A DNA stretch of 60,969 bases from an uncultured Alphaproteobacteria bacterium (GTDB lineage: Bacteria; Pseudomonadota; Alphaproteobacteria; UBA11222), in NCBI GenBank assembly GCA_937888955.1, contig CALAQW010000086.1:1-60969 (forward strand). The letters run 5' to 3'. Every line of letters starts with the position of its first letter. Within the stretch, counting starts at the first letter, position 1. The notes below the pieces were generated by a model. That model saw only the letters and a program-made list of their open reading frames with translations. It ran no database searches and was not told where the DNA came from. Made by a program: the position numbers and the translations under genes. Shown piece after piece: positions 29,622 to 40,387 of this stretch.

Positions 29622-32309
29622 ATGTCAGTCCGCAATCTCGACTATCTGTTCGCACCGCGCTCGGTCGCACTGATCGGGGCCAGCAACCGGACCGGTTCGG
29701 TCGGTCAGGTGCTCGCACAGAACCTGCTGGGCCAGCGCGGTGGCGGCAACGGCGCCTTCGCGGGGCCGATCATGCCGGTGAACCCGAAGGGGGAGGCAAT
29801 CGCCTCGGTCGCCGCCTATCGCGACGTCGCGGCGCTGCCCACCACCCCCGATCTTGCGGTGATCTGCACGCCGCCCGACACGGTGCCGGGCCTGATCGCC
29901 GAACTGGGTGCGCGCGGCACCCGCGCCGCCATCGTGATCAGCGCGGGCTTCGGCGAGATGGGGGCGGAGGGTCAAAAACTGCAACAGCAGCTGCTTGATG
30001 CCGCAAAACCCCATTTGCTGCGCGTGATGGGCCCCAATTGCGTCGGGCTTCTGGTGCCTGGCTGCCATCTCAATGCAAGCTTTGCCCATGTCGGGGCACA
30101 GCCGGGGCATCTTGCCTTCGTCACCCAGTCGGGCGCGGTGCTGACCTCGGTGCTCGACTGGGCGGAGGGGCGCGGCATCGGCTTTTCGCATATGGTCTCG
30201 CTTGGCGGCATGGCGGATGTGGATTTCGGTGACATGCTCGATTATCTCGCCGCCGACCGGCAGGTAAGCGCCATCCTGCTCTATGTCGAATCGATCACCC
30301 ATGCGCGGAAATTCATGTCAGCCGCCCGCGCCGCCGCGCGGCTCAAGCCCGTCATCGTGATCAAGGCCGGGCGTCACGCCGCCGCCGCCAAGGCCGCCGC
30401 CTCCCATACCGGGGCGCTGGCGGGGAGCGACGCGGTCTATGACGCGGCCTTCCGGCGCGCCGGCATGCTGCGGGTGACCGAGCTTGAGGAACTGTTCGAT
30501 GCGGTCGAGACCCTGGCCGCCAGAGTGCAGCCGGTCGGCGAAAGGCTGGCGATCCTGACCAATGGCGGCGGGATGGGGGTGCTTGCGACCGACCGGCTGA
30601 TGGATGAAAGCGGCCAGCTTGCCGAACTGTCCGACGATACGCTCACCGCGCTCAATGACTGCCTGCCGCGCACCTGGTCGCATGGCAATCCGGTCGACAT
30701 AATCGGCGATGCGCCGGGTGCACGCTATGGCGCGGCGACCGAGGCGCTGCTGCGCGATCGCGGTGTCGATGCCCTGGTCGTGCTGAACTGCCCGACCGCC
30801 ATCGCCGATAGCGTCGAGGCGGCGGAAGCCGTCACCGGCCATCTGCGCGACAGCCACAAACCGGTGCTGACAAGCTGGCTTGGCGGCGCACGGGCGGAAC
30901 CGTCGCGCAAGCTGTTCCGGGCGCACGGGATTCCCACATACGAAACGCCTGGCCAGGCGATCAACGCCTTCAGCCACATGGTGCGTTACCAGCGCAATCA
31001 GGATCTGCTGATGCAGACCCCGTCAACCGGCAGCGATGGCGGCAATGGCGACCGGGAAGCGGTTGCGGCGCTGATCGACCGGGCGCGGACGGAAGGGCGC
31101 GAATGGCTGAACGAGGCGGAAGCGAAACAGGCGCTCGCCGCCTACGCCATCCCGATCGTGGAAACCCGCACGGCGCCGGACCCGGAAAATGCGGGCGCCA
31201 TCGCCGCGGCATTCGATGCGCCGGTCGCGCTCAAGATCGTCTCACGCGATATTACCCATAAATCGGATGCGGGCGGCGTCATGCTGAACCTTGAGGGGGC
31301 GGACGCGGTGCGCGCCAGTGCGGAGGCGATGCTGACCCGGCTGCGCAAATCGCATCCCGATGCAGCGCTCGAAGGATTCGCGGTGCAGCCGATGATCAGC
31401 CAGAAGGGAGCGAGCGAGCTTATTGTGGGGATGAGCGATGATGCGACCTTCGGCCCGGTCATCCTGTTCGGGGAAGGGGGCACGGCGGTCGAAATCGTCG
31501 CCGACAAGGCAATCGGCCTGCCGCCGCTCAATGATGTGCTGGCGCGCGACCTGATCGGACGGACAAAGGTCATGCGCAAACTGCGCGGTTATCGCGACGT
31601 TCCCGCCGCCGATATCGACGGTGTGATCGGTGTCCTGATCGCTATCTCGCAGCTTGTGGCGGATATGCCCGCGATCGCCGAACTCGATATCAATCCGCTG
31701 ATCGCCTCCGACAAGGGTGTGATGGCGCTCGATGCGCGTATCCGCATCCACGGGGCGGCGGAAACCCGTGACGACCGGCTCGCCATCTCCCCCTATCCGG
31801 CAGGGCTGAGCGGACAGATCAGCGCCAGAAACGGCGCCGATTACAGCCTGCGCCCGATCCGGCCCGAGGATGAACCCGACCTGATCGCCATGGTCGAACA
31901 GCTTGACCCCGAAGATGCGCGGCTGCGTTTCATGTCCTCGATGCGGCGGATGAGCCACCGGCTGGCGGCGCGGCTGACCCAGATCGATTACGACCGGGAG
32001 ATGGCGTTCATCGCGCTTGACGATGCGGGTATTGCCGGGGTCGTCCGGCTGACCGCCGACCCCGATAACGAGCGGGCGGAATATGCGGTTCTCGTGCGCA
32101 GCCCGCTAAAGGGCACAGGGCTTGGCTTCGCCCTGATGCAGCACATCATCGATCACGCCCGCGCGCGCGGTATCAAAACCCTGTTCGGGCATGTGCTGAA
32201 GGAAAATCACGCCATGCTGTCGCTTGCGGCCGAGCTCGGTTTTATGACCGAGCCGGTCGAAGGCGAATCCGATCAGCTGCGCGTGGTCCTTGATTTACGC
32301 AACCCGTAG
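29622..32309 (+). CDS. pat: Bifunctional ADP-forming acyl-CoA synthetase-like/GNAT protein lysine acetyltransferase (Pat/YfiQ type)
   Basis: 895 aa. CoA-binding N-terminus (SVALIGASNRTGSVG), a succinyl-CoA-ligase-like flavodoxin domain, an ATP-grasp domain, and a C-terminal GNAT (VLVRSPLKGTGLGFALM). Confidence 0.8.
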   Translation: MSVRNLDYLFAPRSVALIGASNRTGSVGQVLAQNLLGQRGGGNGAFAGPIMPVNPKGEAIASVAAYRDVAALPTTPDLAVICTPPDTVPGLIAELGARGTRAAIVISAGFGEMGAEGQKLQQQLLDAAKPHLLRVMGPNCVGLLVPGCHLNASFAHVGAQPGHLAFVTQSGAVLTSVLDWAEGRGIGFSHMVSLGGMADVDFGDMLDYLAADRQVSAILLYVESITHARKFMSAARAAARLKPVIVIKAGRHAAAAKAAASHTGALAGSDAVYDAAFRRAGMLRVTELEELFDAVETLAARVQPVGERLAILTNGGGMGVLATDRLMDESGQLAELSDDTLTALNDCLPRTWSHGNPVDIIGDAPGARYGAATEALLRDRGVDALVVLNCPTAIADSVEAAEAVTGHLRDSHKPVLTSWLGGARAEPSRKLFRAHGIPTYETPGQAINAFSHMVRYQRNQDLLMQTPSTGSDGGNGDREAVAALIDRARTEGREWLNEAEAKQALAAYAIPIVETRTAPDPENAGAIAAAFDAPVALKIVSRDITHKSDAGGVMLNLEGADAVRASAEAMLTRLRKSHPDAALEGFAVQPMISQKGASELIVGMSDDATFGPVILFGEGGTAVEIVADKAIGLPPLNDVLARDLIGRTKVMRKLRGYRDVPAADIDGVIGVLIAISQLVADMPAIAELDINPLIASDKGVMALDARIRIHGAAETRDDRLAISPYPAGLSGQISARNGADYSLRPIRPEDEPDLIAMVEQLDPEDARLRFMSSMRRMSHRLAARLTQIDYDREMAFIALDDAGIAGVVRLTADPDNERAEYAVLVRSPLKGTGLGFALMQHIIDHARARGIKTLFGHVLKENHAMLSLAAELGFMTEPVEGESDQLRVVLDLRNP

Positions 32310-32494
32310 GCGATCACGGCAGCAACCGCGAGGGCGGCGATGCCCGCGCCCAGATGAAACGGGCTGCTGAAGAAATGCCCGATCGCGGCGGTGAATTCGG
32401 CAATCTCCCCATGGCCGCCGGGATGGGCATGGGCGGCCGTCACCCCGAACAGCACCGGCAAGGCGGCGGCAAGTTGCGTCAAACGCGATTTCAT
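32273..32494 (-). CDS. 73-aa signal-peptide/His-motif membrane protein resembling the N-terminus of HupE/UreJ nickel transporters
   Basis: GAGGGAG SD 7 nt upstream of the ATG. High GC3 codons. MKSRLTQLAAALPVLFGVTAAHA followed by HPGGHG, then one TM. It starts 34 nt after ureG. Its 3' end overlaps the convergent pat gene by 37 nt. Confidence 0.5.
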   Translation of the reverse strand: MKSRLTQLAAALPVLFGVTAAHAHPGGHGEIAEFTAAIGHFFSSPFHLGAGIAALAVAAVIAYGLRKSRTTRS

Positions 32495-32528
32495 TTTCTG
32501 CTCCCTCTTTCAACTCTCATCGTAGCTA

Positions 32529-33185
32529 CTAATCGGTTCGCGCGGGGGCGTCCAGTGGGCGCGCGGATTTTTCCAGACCCCCGGCGCGGGTGATAAACGC
32601 CACAATATCGGCAAGCCCTTCTCCGGCGCGCATATTAGCGAACAGAAACGGCCGGTCGCCACGCATCTTGCGCGCATCGCGATCCATCACGCCAAGATCC
32701 GCGCCGACAAGCGGCGCCAGATCGATCTTGTTGATGACCAGCAGATCCGAGCGGGTAATGCCCGGGCCCCCCTTGCGCGGGATCTTGTCGCCCGCCGACA
32801 CATCGATCACATAAATCGTGATATCGGCCAGTTCGGGAGAGAAGGTCGCCGCCAGATTATCGCCGCCGCTTTCAATCAGGATGAGATCGAGGCCGGGAAA
32901 GCGCGCAGAAAGCTGATCGACCGCCGCCAGATTGATCGACGCATCCTCCCTGATCGCGGTATGCGGACAGCCGCCCGTCTCGACCCCCAGGATACGCTCA
33001 GGCGGCAAGGCGCCCGACCGGGTCAGAAACTCCGCATCTTCGCGGGTATAAATATCATTGGTGATCGCGGCGAGCGCATAATCCGCGCGCATCGCCTTGC
33101 ACAGCGCATCCATCAGCGCCGTCTTGCCCGAGCCGACAGGCCCGCCAATGCCGACCCGCAAGGGCCCGTTCACCGTTTCAGTCAT
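32529..33185 (-). CDS. ureG: Urease accessory GTPase
   Basis: [10 protein letters not shown]-loop, GGCPH and ESGGDNL motifs. Confidence 0.95.
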   Translation of the reverse strand: MTETVNGPLRVGIGGPVGSGKTALMDALCKAMRADYALAAITNDIYTREDAEFLTRSGALPPERILGVETGGCPHTAIREDASINLAAVDQLSARFPGLDLILIESGGDNLAATFSPELADITIYVIDVSAGDKIPRKGGPGITRSDLLVINKIDLAPLVGADLGVMDRDARKMRGDRPFLFANMRAGEGLADIVAFITRAGGLEKSARPLDAPARTD

Positions 33186-33880
33186 GAGCGAAACAACCTC
33201 GTATATTGCGTTTCATGGGCTGCGGAACAGAATTCCGCGATCGCCGCCGCGCCGCCAAGATCCGCAAGCGTTGCGCTTGAGGCCACACAAGCGGTTTCGG
33301 CAACCGGCCGGGCAAGTGCCGCCAGCGCGATCTGCCCGTCAGTCTGGCCAAGCGGCACAAGCCTGACCGCCGCCGAAATCAGATTGGCGACAAACCCGTG
33401 CAGGAACGCGGACAGGGCGGCATTCAACGGCACCGCATGACAGGCTGCGGTCACCGCAACCACCACCGGATAAGCAGGGCTGACCGCGCGTTCCACGATC
33501 CGGGCCGCAAGCGCCTCAAGTGCGGGATGCGGCCAGGCGGCACGCACCGCGCGCAGGAAAGCTTCCCCCTGCGCAGCACTCTCAAGCGCAAGTTCAGATG
33601 TCGGACGCAAGGCCGCCGCCCAGTCAAGCACCTCATCAAGTGCTGCCGCCTCGTCATCCGCGGCCGCCGACCAGGCCAGCTTGAACAGGATTGCATCATT
33701 ACGGCCCGAACCGAATTCCAGAAGATCGCACAGCCAGCCGACCAGCGCTGCGCGATCGCGTAGCAAGCCTGCCTCCACCGCATATTCGATACCGTGCGAA
33801 TAGGTGAAGGCGCCGACCGGAAAGGACGGTGAAAGCCAGCTCATCAAGCGGTAAAATGCGGCATCGGATGCAGCGGTCAT
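33182..33880 (-). CDS. ureF: Urease accessory protein UreF
   Basis: [21 protein letters not shown] motif. Positioned between ureE and ureG with 4-nt overlaps. Confidence 0.85.
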   Translation of the reverse strand: MTAASDAAFYRLMSWLSPSFPVGAFTYSHGIEYAVEAGLLRDRAALVGWLCDLLEFGSGRNDAILFKLAWSAAADDEAAALDEVLDWAAALRPTSELALESAAQGEAFLRAVRAAWPHPALEALAARIVERAVSPAYPVVVAVTAACHAVPLNAALSAFLHGFVANLISAAVRLVPLGQTDGQIALAALARPVAETACVASSATLADLGGAAAIAEFCSAAHETQYTRLFRS

Positions 33881-34446
33881 GGTTCCGCCTCGCGCCCGGT
33901 CTGACGGTGATGATCCTGCCCATCGTCATGACGATGTGCATGGCTATGGTGATGGCTATGGCTGTGGTGATGGCCGCCGGCATCGCCCTCATAGGCGCCG
34001 CCTTCCGCGGCAAAGATATCGCGCCGCCGTGTCGTCACCCCGCCCAGATCGCCGACCATCGCCGCGATCACATGGTCGTAAAGAATACGCAAGCCGCCAT
34101 CGGGCAGGATCTGGACAGGCAGATGCCGATTGCCCAGATGCCAGGCGATCCGCATCGCGCCCACCCCGTCCGCCGCACGGATATCAAGCACATCCTCACA
34201 GGCCGCGCGGACCAGCACCCATCCGCCGTCCGATAATTGTAGCCCGTCCCCGTCCAGAAGCCGGGTCGCGCGCGGCAGATCGAGCATGATCTCCCCGCCC
34301 GCGCCATCAAGCGTGAGCCGCACACGCCGCCTGTGCCGGTCGGCAAAAGCAAGCGTCACGGTGCCACGCGCCGCCGATGCGGGCCATTCCCCGGCACGGA
34401 AACATTGCGTGGCGCGCGCAACCGTCATTGTTTGCCCCGGGCTCAA
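33877..34446 (-). CDS. ureE: Urease accessory nickel chaperone UreE with His-rich tail
   Basis: [10 protein letters not shown] motif and the C-terminal [19 protein letters not shown]. Confidence 0.85.
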   Translation of the reverse strand: MSPGQTMTVARATQCFRAGEWPASAARGTVTLAFADRHRRRVRLTLDGAGGEIMLDLPRATRLLDGDGLQLSDGGWVLVRAACEDVLDIRAADGVGAMRIAWHLGNRHLPVQILPDGGLRILYDHVIAAMVGDLGGVTTRRRDIFAAEGGAYEGDAGGHHHSHSHHHSHAHRHDDGQDHHRQTGREAEP

Positions 34447-36152
34447 AACAGGAAGTAACGCTGCGCAAGCGGCAATTCTTCCGCCGGTTCGCAGGTCAGC
34501 ACCTCGCCATCGGCGCGCACTTCATAGGTTTCGGGATCGACCTCCATTTTCGGGGTCGCATTGTTCAGGATCATCTCCGCCTTGGAGATGCGCCGGATAT
34601 CGCGCACCGGCAAGACAAGACTGCTCAGCCCAAGCCGGTCCGCAACCCCGGCTGCAATCGCCGCCTCGGACACAAAGCTCATCCGGCTCGCGGGCAGCGC
34701 GCCGCCAAACGTGCCGAACATCGGCCGGTAATGCACAGGCTGCGGCGTCGGGATCGAGGCATTGGGATCCCCCATCACTGCCGCGGCGATCGTGCCCGCC
34801 TTGAGCACAAGATCGGGCTTCACCCCGAAGAAAGCAGGCTTCCACAAAACCAGATCGGCATATTTCCCAACCTCGACCGATCCGACATATTCGGCAATCC
34901 CGTGCACAAGCGCGGGGTTGATCGTATATTTCGCAATATATCTCCGTACACGGAAATTATCATTATCGCCGGTTTCCTCGGCCAGGCGGCCGCGCTGCCG
35001 GCGCATCTTGTCCGCGGTCTGCCAGGTGCGGATGATCACCTCGCCCACCCGGCCCATCGCCTGACTGTCAGAGGCAATGATGCTGAACGCACCGAGATCA
35101 TGCAGCACATCTTCGGCCGCGATCGTTTCGCGCCGGATACGGCTTTCGGCAAAGGCCACATCCTCGGGAATATTCGGGTCGAGGTGATGGCATACCATCA
35201 GCATGTCGAGATGTTCATCAATCGTATTGACAGTGAACGGACGGGTCGGATTGGTGGAGGAGGGCAGCACATTCGCTTCGCCACATACCTTGATGATGTC
35301 GGGGGCATGGCCGCCGCCTGCTCCTTCGGTATGGAAGGCGTGAATATTGCGCCCCTTGAAGGCGGCGATGGTATTTTCCACGAAACCGGATTCGTTCAGC
35401 GTATCGGTGTGGATCGTGACGGCGGTGTCGGTTTCTTCGGCAACCGTCAGACAATTATCGATGGCCGCAGGTGTCGTGCCCCAATCCTCATGCAGCTTGA
35501 GACCGCACGCACCGGCGGCAATCTGTTCATGCAGGGGAACGGGCGATGTCGCATTGCCCTTGCCGAAAAAACCCAGATTCATCGGCAGCGCATCGGCGGC
35601 CTGCAGCATCCGGCCGATATGGAATGCGCCCGGTGTGCAGGTCGTCGCATTGGTCCCTTCCGCCGGGCCGGTGCCGCCGCCCATCATGGTCGTCACACCG
35701 CTGTACAGTGCGTCATCGATCTGCTGCGGGCAGATGAAATGGATATGCACATCGATCCCGCCTGCGGTCAGAATACGCCCCTCGCCGGCGATCGCCTCGG
35801 TCGTCGGGCCGATGACGATATCGATGCCGGGCTGCACATCGGGATTGCCGGCCTTGCCGATGCCGACAATGCGACCGTCGCGAATGCCGACATCCGCCTT
35901 GATGATCCCCCAGTGATCAACGATCAGCGCATTGGTGATGACGGTATCGACCGCACCGTCCGCGCGGCTTGCCTGGGACTGACCCATGCCATCGCGGATC
36001 ACCTTGCCGCCGCCGAACTTGACCTCCTCGCCATAGATGGTGCGGTCTTCCTCCACCTCGATAAACAGCTCGGTATCGGCAAGCCGCACCTTGTCGCCCA
36101 CTGTCGGGCCATACATGGCGGCATAGGCATCGCGGCTGATTTTATTGGCCAT
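34443..36152 (-). CDS. ureC: Urease subunit alpha
   Basis: 569 aa with [16 protein letters not shown] and [12 protein letters not shown] motifs. Confidence 0.95.
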   Translation of the reverse strand: MANKISRDAYAAMYGPTVGDKVRLADTELFIEVEEDRTIYGEEVKFGGGKVIRDGMGQSQASRADGAVDTVITNALIVDHWGIIKADVGIRDGRIVGIGKAGNPDVQPGIDIVIGPTTEAIAGEGRILTAGGIDVHIHFICPQQIDDALYSGVTTMMGGGTGPAEGTNATTCTPGAFHIGRMLQAADALPMNLGFFGKGNATSPVPLHEQIAAGACGLKLHEDWGTTPAAIDNCLTVAEETDTAVTIHTDTLNESGFVENTIAAFKGRNIHAFHTEGAGGGHAPDIIKVCGEANVLPSSTNPTRPFTVNTIDEHLDMLMVCHHLDPNIPEDVAFAESRIRRETIAAEDVLHDLGAFSIIASDSQAMGRVGEVIIRTWQTADKMRRQRGRLAEETGDNDNFRVRRYIAKYTINPALVHGIAEYVGSVEVGKYADLVLWKPAFFGVKPDLVLKAGTIAAAVMGDPNASIPTPQPVHYRPMFGTFGGALPASRMSFVSEAAIAAGVADRLGLSSLVLPVRDIRRISKAEMILNNATPKMEVDPETYEVRADGEVLTCEPAEELPLAQRYFLF

Positions 36153-36155
36153 GAT

Positions 36156-36467
36156 CTATCCTCCGAGCGGGCCGTTGACCGCGCCGTTAAATCCGAACAC
36201 CCGGCGCGCGCCGGCATAGGCGACAAGCCGCACCTCGCGCGTCTGGCCCGGCTCGAACCGCACCGCGGTGCCCGCCGGAATATCGAGGCGAAACCCCCGC
36301 GCCGCTTCGCGGTCGAATGACAGCGCGCTGTTGGTTTCATGGAAATGATAATGCGAACCGACCTGCACAGGCCGGTCGCCGCTATTGGCCACAGACAGGG
36401 TGCGCGTCTCGCGCCCTTCATTCAGCGTGATCTCGCCCTCGGCGCAGATAATTTCTCCGGGCTTCAT
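36156..36467 (-). CDS. ureB: Urease subunit beta
   Basis: MKPGEI...[17 protein letters not shown]. Confidence 0.95.
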   Translation of the reverse strand: MKPGEIICAEGEITLNEGRETRTLSVANSGDRPVQVGSHYHFHETNSALSFDREAARGFRLDIPAGTAVRFEPGQTREVRLVAYAGARRVFGFNGAVNGPLGG

Positions 36468-36479
36468 TGCGCGCTCCCC

Positions 36480-36782
36480 CTAACGGATCGGTTCGTGAAC
36501 GGTGACAAGCTTGGTGCCATCGGGAAATGTCGCCTCGACCTGAATTTCATGCAGCATCTCGGCAATCCCGTCCATCACCTGCTCGCGGCGCAGGACACTC
36601 GCCCCGTCACGCATCAGATCGGCGACCGAACGGCCATCGCGCGCGCCCTCGACAACATAATCGGTGATCAGGGCCACCGCTTCGGGATAGTTCAGCCGCA
36701 CGCCGCGTTCAAGCCGCCGGCGCGCCACCATCGCCGCCATCGCGACAAGCAGCTTGTCTTTTTCCCTCGGTGACAGGTTCAT
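36480..36782 (-). CDS. ureA: Urease subunit gamma
   Basis: [13 protein letters not shown]...[10 protein letters not shown]. Confidence 0.95.
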   Translation of the reverse strand: MNLSPREKDKLLVAMAAMVARRRLERGVRLNYPEAVALITDYVVEGARDGRSVADLMRDGASVLRREQVMDGIAEMLHEIQVEATFPDGTKLVTVHEPIR

Positions 36783-36815
36783 CGCTTCCCCTCCCCGGAC
36801 CTGACGGTCCGTCGT

Positions 36816-37754
36816 TCAGATATACCAAAGCCGCGGCAATGTTGCGGGCAATCGCGCAAGCCGGGCGCGCATCGCACCCCAGAACGCGCCATAGGCGACC
36901 CGCAAATGCTCAGGCGCATTGCCAAGCCAGCGCAGCACCAGCACGTCATTGACAACACTCGCCGCAACACGCAGATCAGCATCAGACACAGGCAACAGAT
37001 CGCGCGCCACAGACAGCATATCGGCGGCATCAGGCCCCGCATAGATCAGCGTCGCCATCGCGCGCGCCCCGGCAAGGCCCGCGGGCGCATGCAGCACGCG
37101 CGTCAGATCCCCCTCCATGCGCAGAATATCAGCCCAGACAAGCCGGCCTTCGCGATAAAGTTCCCACCGGTCCGCTATCGCACCGCTTGTCAGATCCTCG
37201 CCATGGGCGGCGCGACCGAAGATCAGGATCTCACCGGCAAGCAGCTGCGCATCGGCGGCAAGGTTCACCCGGTTGCAGCGGCGGAAACGCGCGCCCTCGA
37301 ACAGAATGGTTTCCTGCGGCAGCCATTCAAGCCAGGCCCCCGCACCGGCCTCGAGCGTTACCGTGATCTCGCACGCCGCAGCGGGGGAGCGGTAGATCTT
37401 TTCCGCCGCCGAGCCAAGCGCCATGCCCCGCGCGCCCGCACCCACCGAAAAGGCAATATCGAGACGGTCCCCCGCCACCATGCCGCCCGAACTGTTGACC
37501 AGCGCGGCAAGCGGAATGTCGCCACGGGCGGGCCTGGGAAACAGCACCCGCAACGGATCGTGATGCGCAAGATGTGTCAGCCGGTCGGCACCGGCGCGGC
37601 GCGCAAAGCGCACCGCCGCATGGCCATGCACCTGCTGCCGCCAGGGCTGCGCCGCGGCCTCTCCCCCCATTCGGGGCGGCGGTTCAACCGAAGACCCATG
37701 CGGTGCGGCCGGTCCGGGCGCCGGGGTCTCAAACGGTGAGGTAACGGCGGACAT
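36816..37754 (-). CDS. ureD: Urease accessory protein UreD
   Basis: UreD-like body (GGMVAGDRLDI, ETILFEGARF) in the position before ureA. The start is uncertain: ATG 37754 overlaps urtE by 26 nt, and ATG 37670 is the alternative. Confidence 0.75.
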   Translation of the reverse strand: MSAVTSPFETPAPGPAAPHGSSVEPPPRMGGEAAAQPWRQQVHGHAAVRFARRAGADRLTHLAHHDPLRVLFPRPARGDIPLAALVNSSGGMVAGDRLDIAFSVGAGARGMALGSAAEKIYRSPAAACEITVTLEAGAGAWLEWLPQETILFEGARFRRCNRVNLAADAQLLAGEILIFGRAAHGEDLTSGAIADRWELYREGRLVWADILRMEGDLTRVLHAPAGLAGARAMATLIYAGPDAADMLSVARDLLPVSDADLRVAASVVNDVLVLRWLGNAPEHLRVAYGAFWGAMRARLARLPATLPRLWYI

Positions 37755-38424
37755 CTTCCTCATCCATTTCGCGCGCCGGCCCCGCAAGCACGACCTCGCC
37801 GCGTTCCATCACCGCGAATTCATCAGCCAGATCGCGGGCGAACTCGAAATACTGCTCGACAAGCAGGATCGCCATACCGCCCCGGTCGCGCAGGATACCG
37901 ATGATATTTTCGATATCCTTGATGATGGAAGGCTGGATCCCTTCTGTCGGTTCATCGAGGATCAGCAGGCGCGGCCGGGTGACAAGCGCACGGGCGATGG
38001 CAAGCTGCTGCTGCTGACCGCCGCTCAGATCGCCGCCGCGCCGGCGCAGCATATCTTTCAGTACAGGGAATAAATCATAGATATCGTCGGGGACATAATG
38101 TTCCTTGCGCGGGGTCGCGGCAAATGCGGTGCGCAGATTTTCCTCAACCGTCAGCAGGGGGAAGATCTCGCGCCCCTGCGGCACATAGGCGATGCCGCGC
38201 CGCGCCCGCTCATAGGGCGGCAGGGCGGACACATCCTTTTCCTCCCATCTGATCGCGCCGCCACGGATCGGCTGCTGCCCGACAATGGCGCGCAGCAGAC
38301 TTGTCTTGCCAACCCCGTTGCGCCCCATGATGCAGGTGACCGCCCCGAGCTGCGCTGACAGGCTGACGCCGCGCAATGCCTGGCTCGCACCGTAATAGAG
38401 ATCGATATTGTCGACTTGCAGCAT
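37729..38424 (-). CDS. urtE: Urea ABC transporter ATP-binding protein UrtE
   Basis: GRNGVGKT Walker A, LSGGQQQQLAIARAL signature. Position in the urt operon. Confidence 0.9.
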   Translation of the reverse strand: MLQVDNIDLYYGASQALRGVSLSAQLGAVTCIMGRNGVGKTSLLRAIVGQQPIRGGAIRWEEKDVSALPPYERARRGIAYVPQGREIFPLLTVEENLRTAFAATPRKEHYVPDDIYDLFPVLKDMLRRRGGDLSGGQQQQLAIARALVTRPRLLILDEPTEGIQPSIIKDIENIIGILRDRGGMAILLVEQYFEFARDLADEFAVMERGEVVLAGPAREMDEEDVRRYLTV

Positions 38425-38429
38425 GTGCT

Positions 38430-39209
38430 CTAGCGCCCCAGATAAACTTCGATCACACGTTCATCGGCCTGCACCCGCGCGAGCGAACCTTCCGCCAGCA
38501 CCGAGCCTTCATGCAGCACCGTCACCATGGTATCGAGCCGGCGCACGAATTCCATGTCATGCTCGACCACGATGACCGAACGTTCGCGCGCGATCGTGCG
38601 CAACAGATCCGCTGTCTGATCGGTTTCCGCATCCGTCATGCCGGCAACGGGTTCATCGACCAGCAGAAGTTCGGGATCCTGCATCAGCAGCATGCCGATT
38701 TCGAGCCATTGCTTTTGCCCGTGCGACAGGGCACCGGCCTGCATGCCGCACTGTTCGGTGAGCGAGATGGTCTGCAACACCTCGTCGATGCGTGCCGCCT
38801 GCGTCTTGTCGAGCCGGAACAAGAGCGTGGCAAAAGGTCCCCGGTCGGTCTTGAGCGCCAGTTCGAGATTTTCGAAAACGGTGAGATTTTCGAAAATCGT
38901 GGGCTTCTGGAACTTGCGCCCGATACCGAGATTGGCGATCGCCGCCTCGTCGAGTTTCGACAGATCGACATCACCATTGAAATAGACATCGCCCTCATCC
39001 GCGCGGGTCTTGCCGGTGATGACATCCATCATCGTCGTCTTGCCCGCGCCGTTCGGACCGATGATCGCGCGCATCTCGCCGGGCCGGATATAGAGGCTGA
39101 GATTATTGAGCGCCTTGAAACCATCGAAACTCACCGTGACGCCGCTGAGATAGAGCATCACATCCTGCGCCCGCAGCACATGCGGGCGATCATCGGCGGG
39201 GCTGTTCAT
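38430..39209 (-). CDS. urtD: Urea ABC transporter ATP-binding protein UrtD
   Basis: GPNGAGKTT Walker A, LSHGQKQWLEIGMLL signature variant typical of UrtD. Confidence 0.9.
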   Translation of the reverse strand: MNSPADDRPHVLRAQDVMLYLSGVTVSFDGFKALNNLSLYIRPGEMRAIIGPNGAGKTTMMDVITGKTRADEGDVYFNGDVDLSKLDEAAIANLGIGRKFQKPTIFENLTVFENLELALKTDRGPFATLLFRLDKTQAARIDEVLQTISLTEQCGMQAGALSHGQKQWLEIGMLLMQDPELLLVDEPVAGMTDAETDQTADLLRTIARERSVIVVEHDMEFVRRLDTMVTVLHEGSVLAEGSLARVQADERVIEVYLGR

Positions 39210-40384
39210 GCGCCTTGCTCCTCTTGCGTCCGGCCACGGCCGTAAAGCGCGCCCAACAGGCCGTTGCGGCCTGCCTGCCGCAGCAATCCGACAATACCCT
39301 TGGGCATGAACAGCGTCACCGCAACAAACAGCGCCCCCAGCATGAACAGCCAGATCTCGGGCAATGCACCGGTGAAATAGGTCTTGGCGTAATTGACGAG
39401 AATCGCACCGAGTGCCGCGCCATACAGGGTGCCGCGCCCGCCGACCGCGACCCAGATCACGATCTCGATGGAATTGGCGGGGGCGAATTCAGCCGGATTG
39501 ATGATCCCGACCTGGGGCACGTAAAGCGCGCCCGCGACCCCGGCCATCATCGCCGACAGGGTAAAGACGAACAGCTTGTAATATTCCACCCGGTAACCGA
39601 GAAACCGCACCCGGCTTTCCGCATCCCGGATCGCCTCCAGCACGCGACCGAATTTCGACCGCACGATCGCGGCACAGATCAGATAGCCAAGCGCCAGCGA
39701 CACCGCACTGGCCACGAACAGACCGCTGCGGGTTGCATCCGACTGCAGATCAAAGCCGAGCAGATCCTTGAAATCGGTCAGCCCGTTATTGCCGCCAAAT
39801 CCCATATCGTTGCGGAAGAAAGCCAGCATCAGCGCATAGGTCATCGCCTGGGTGATGATCGACAGATAGACGCCGGTGACACGGCTGCGGAATGCAAGCC
39901 AGCCAAACAGAAATGCAAGCAATCCCGGCGCAAGCAGCACCATCGCCATGGCGAAGGGAAACAGATCGAAGCCGTACCAGAACCAGGGCAGTTCCTGCCA
40001 GTTCAGGAACACCATGAAATCGGGCAGGACCGGATCGCCATACACGCCACGCGGGCCGATCTGGCGCATCAGATACATGCCCATCGCATAGCCGCCGAGC
40101 GCGAAGAACGCCCCGTGCCCGAGACTGAGGATACCGCAGAACCCCCAGACCAGATCGACACTGAGCGCAAGCAGCGCATAGCAAAGATATTTGCCAAGCA
40201 GGGCCACCATGTAAGCCGGTACATGGAAAAACGAATCCGCCGGCACCGCGAGATTGAGAAGCGGCACCAGCAGCGCTGCAAGCGTCAGCAGCGCGAGCAT
40301 GATCTTGCCGCCAAGCGGCAGGGACATCAGCAATCCGGTCAGCGGACCGGTACGCAGCGCGGGCGTATGTGCAACCGACGACAT
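39206..40384 (-). CDS. urtC: Urea ABC transporter permease UrtC
   Basis: Branched-chain-amino-acid-type (LivM-like) permease in the urt context. Confidence 0.9.
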   Translation of the reverse strand: MSSVAHTPALRTGPLTGLLMSLPLGGKIMLALLTLAALLVPLLNLAVPADSFFHVPAYMVALLGKYLCYALLALSVDLVWGFCGILSLGHGAFFALGGYAMGMYLMRQIGPRGVYGDPVLPDFMVFLNWQELPWFWYGFDLFPFAMAMVLLAPGLLAFLFGWLAFRSRVTGVYLSIITQAMTYALMLAFFRNDMGFGGNNGLTDFKDLLGFDLQSDATRSGLFVASAVSLALGYLICAAIVRSKFGRVLEAIRDAESRVRFLGYRVEYYKLFVFTLSAMMAGVAGALYVPQVGIINPAEFAPANSIEIVIWVAVGGRGTLYGAALGAILVNYAKTYFTGALPEIWLFMLGALFVAVTLFMPKGIVGLLRQAGRNGLLGALYGRGRTQEEQGA

Positions 40385-40387
40385 GGC

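Noticed and set aside
34377-36320. 647-aa ORF on the plus strand
   Set aside because: It is antisense to ureC and ureB, which are unambiguous. It is a shadow ORF.
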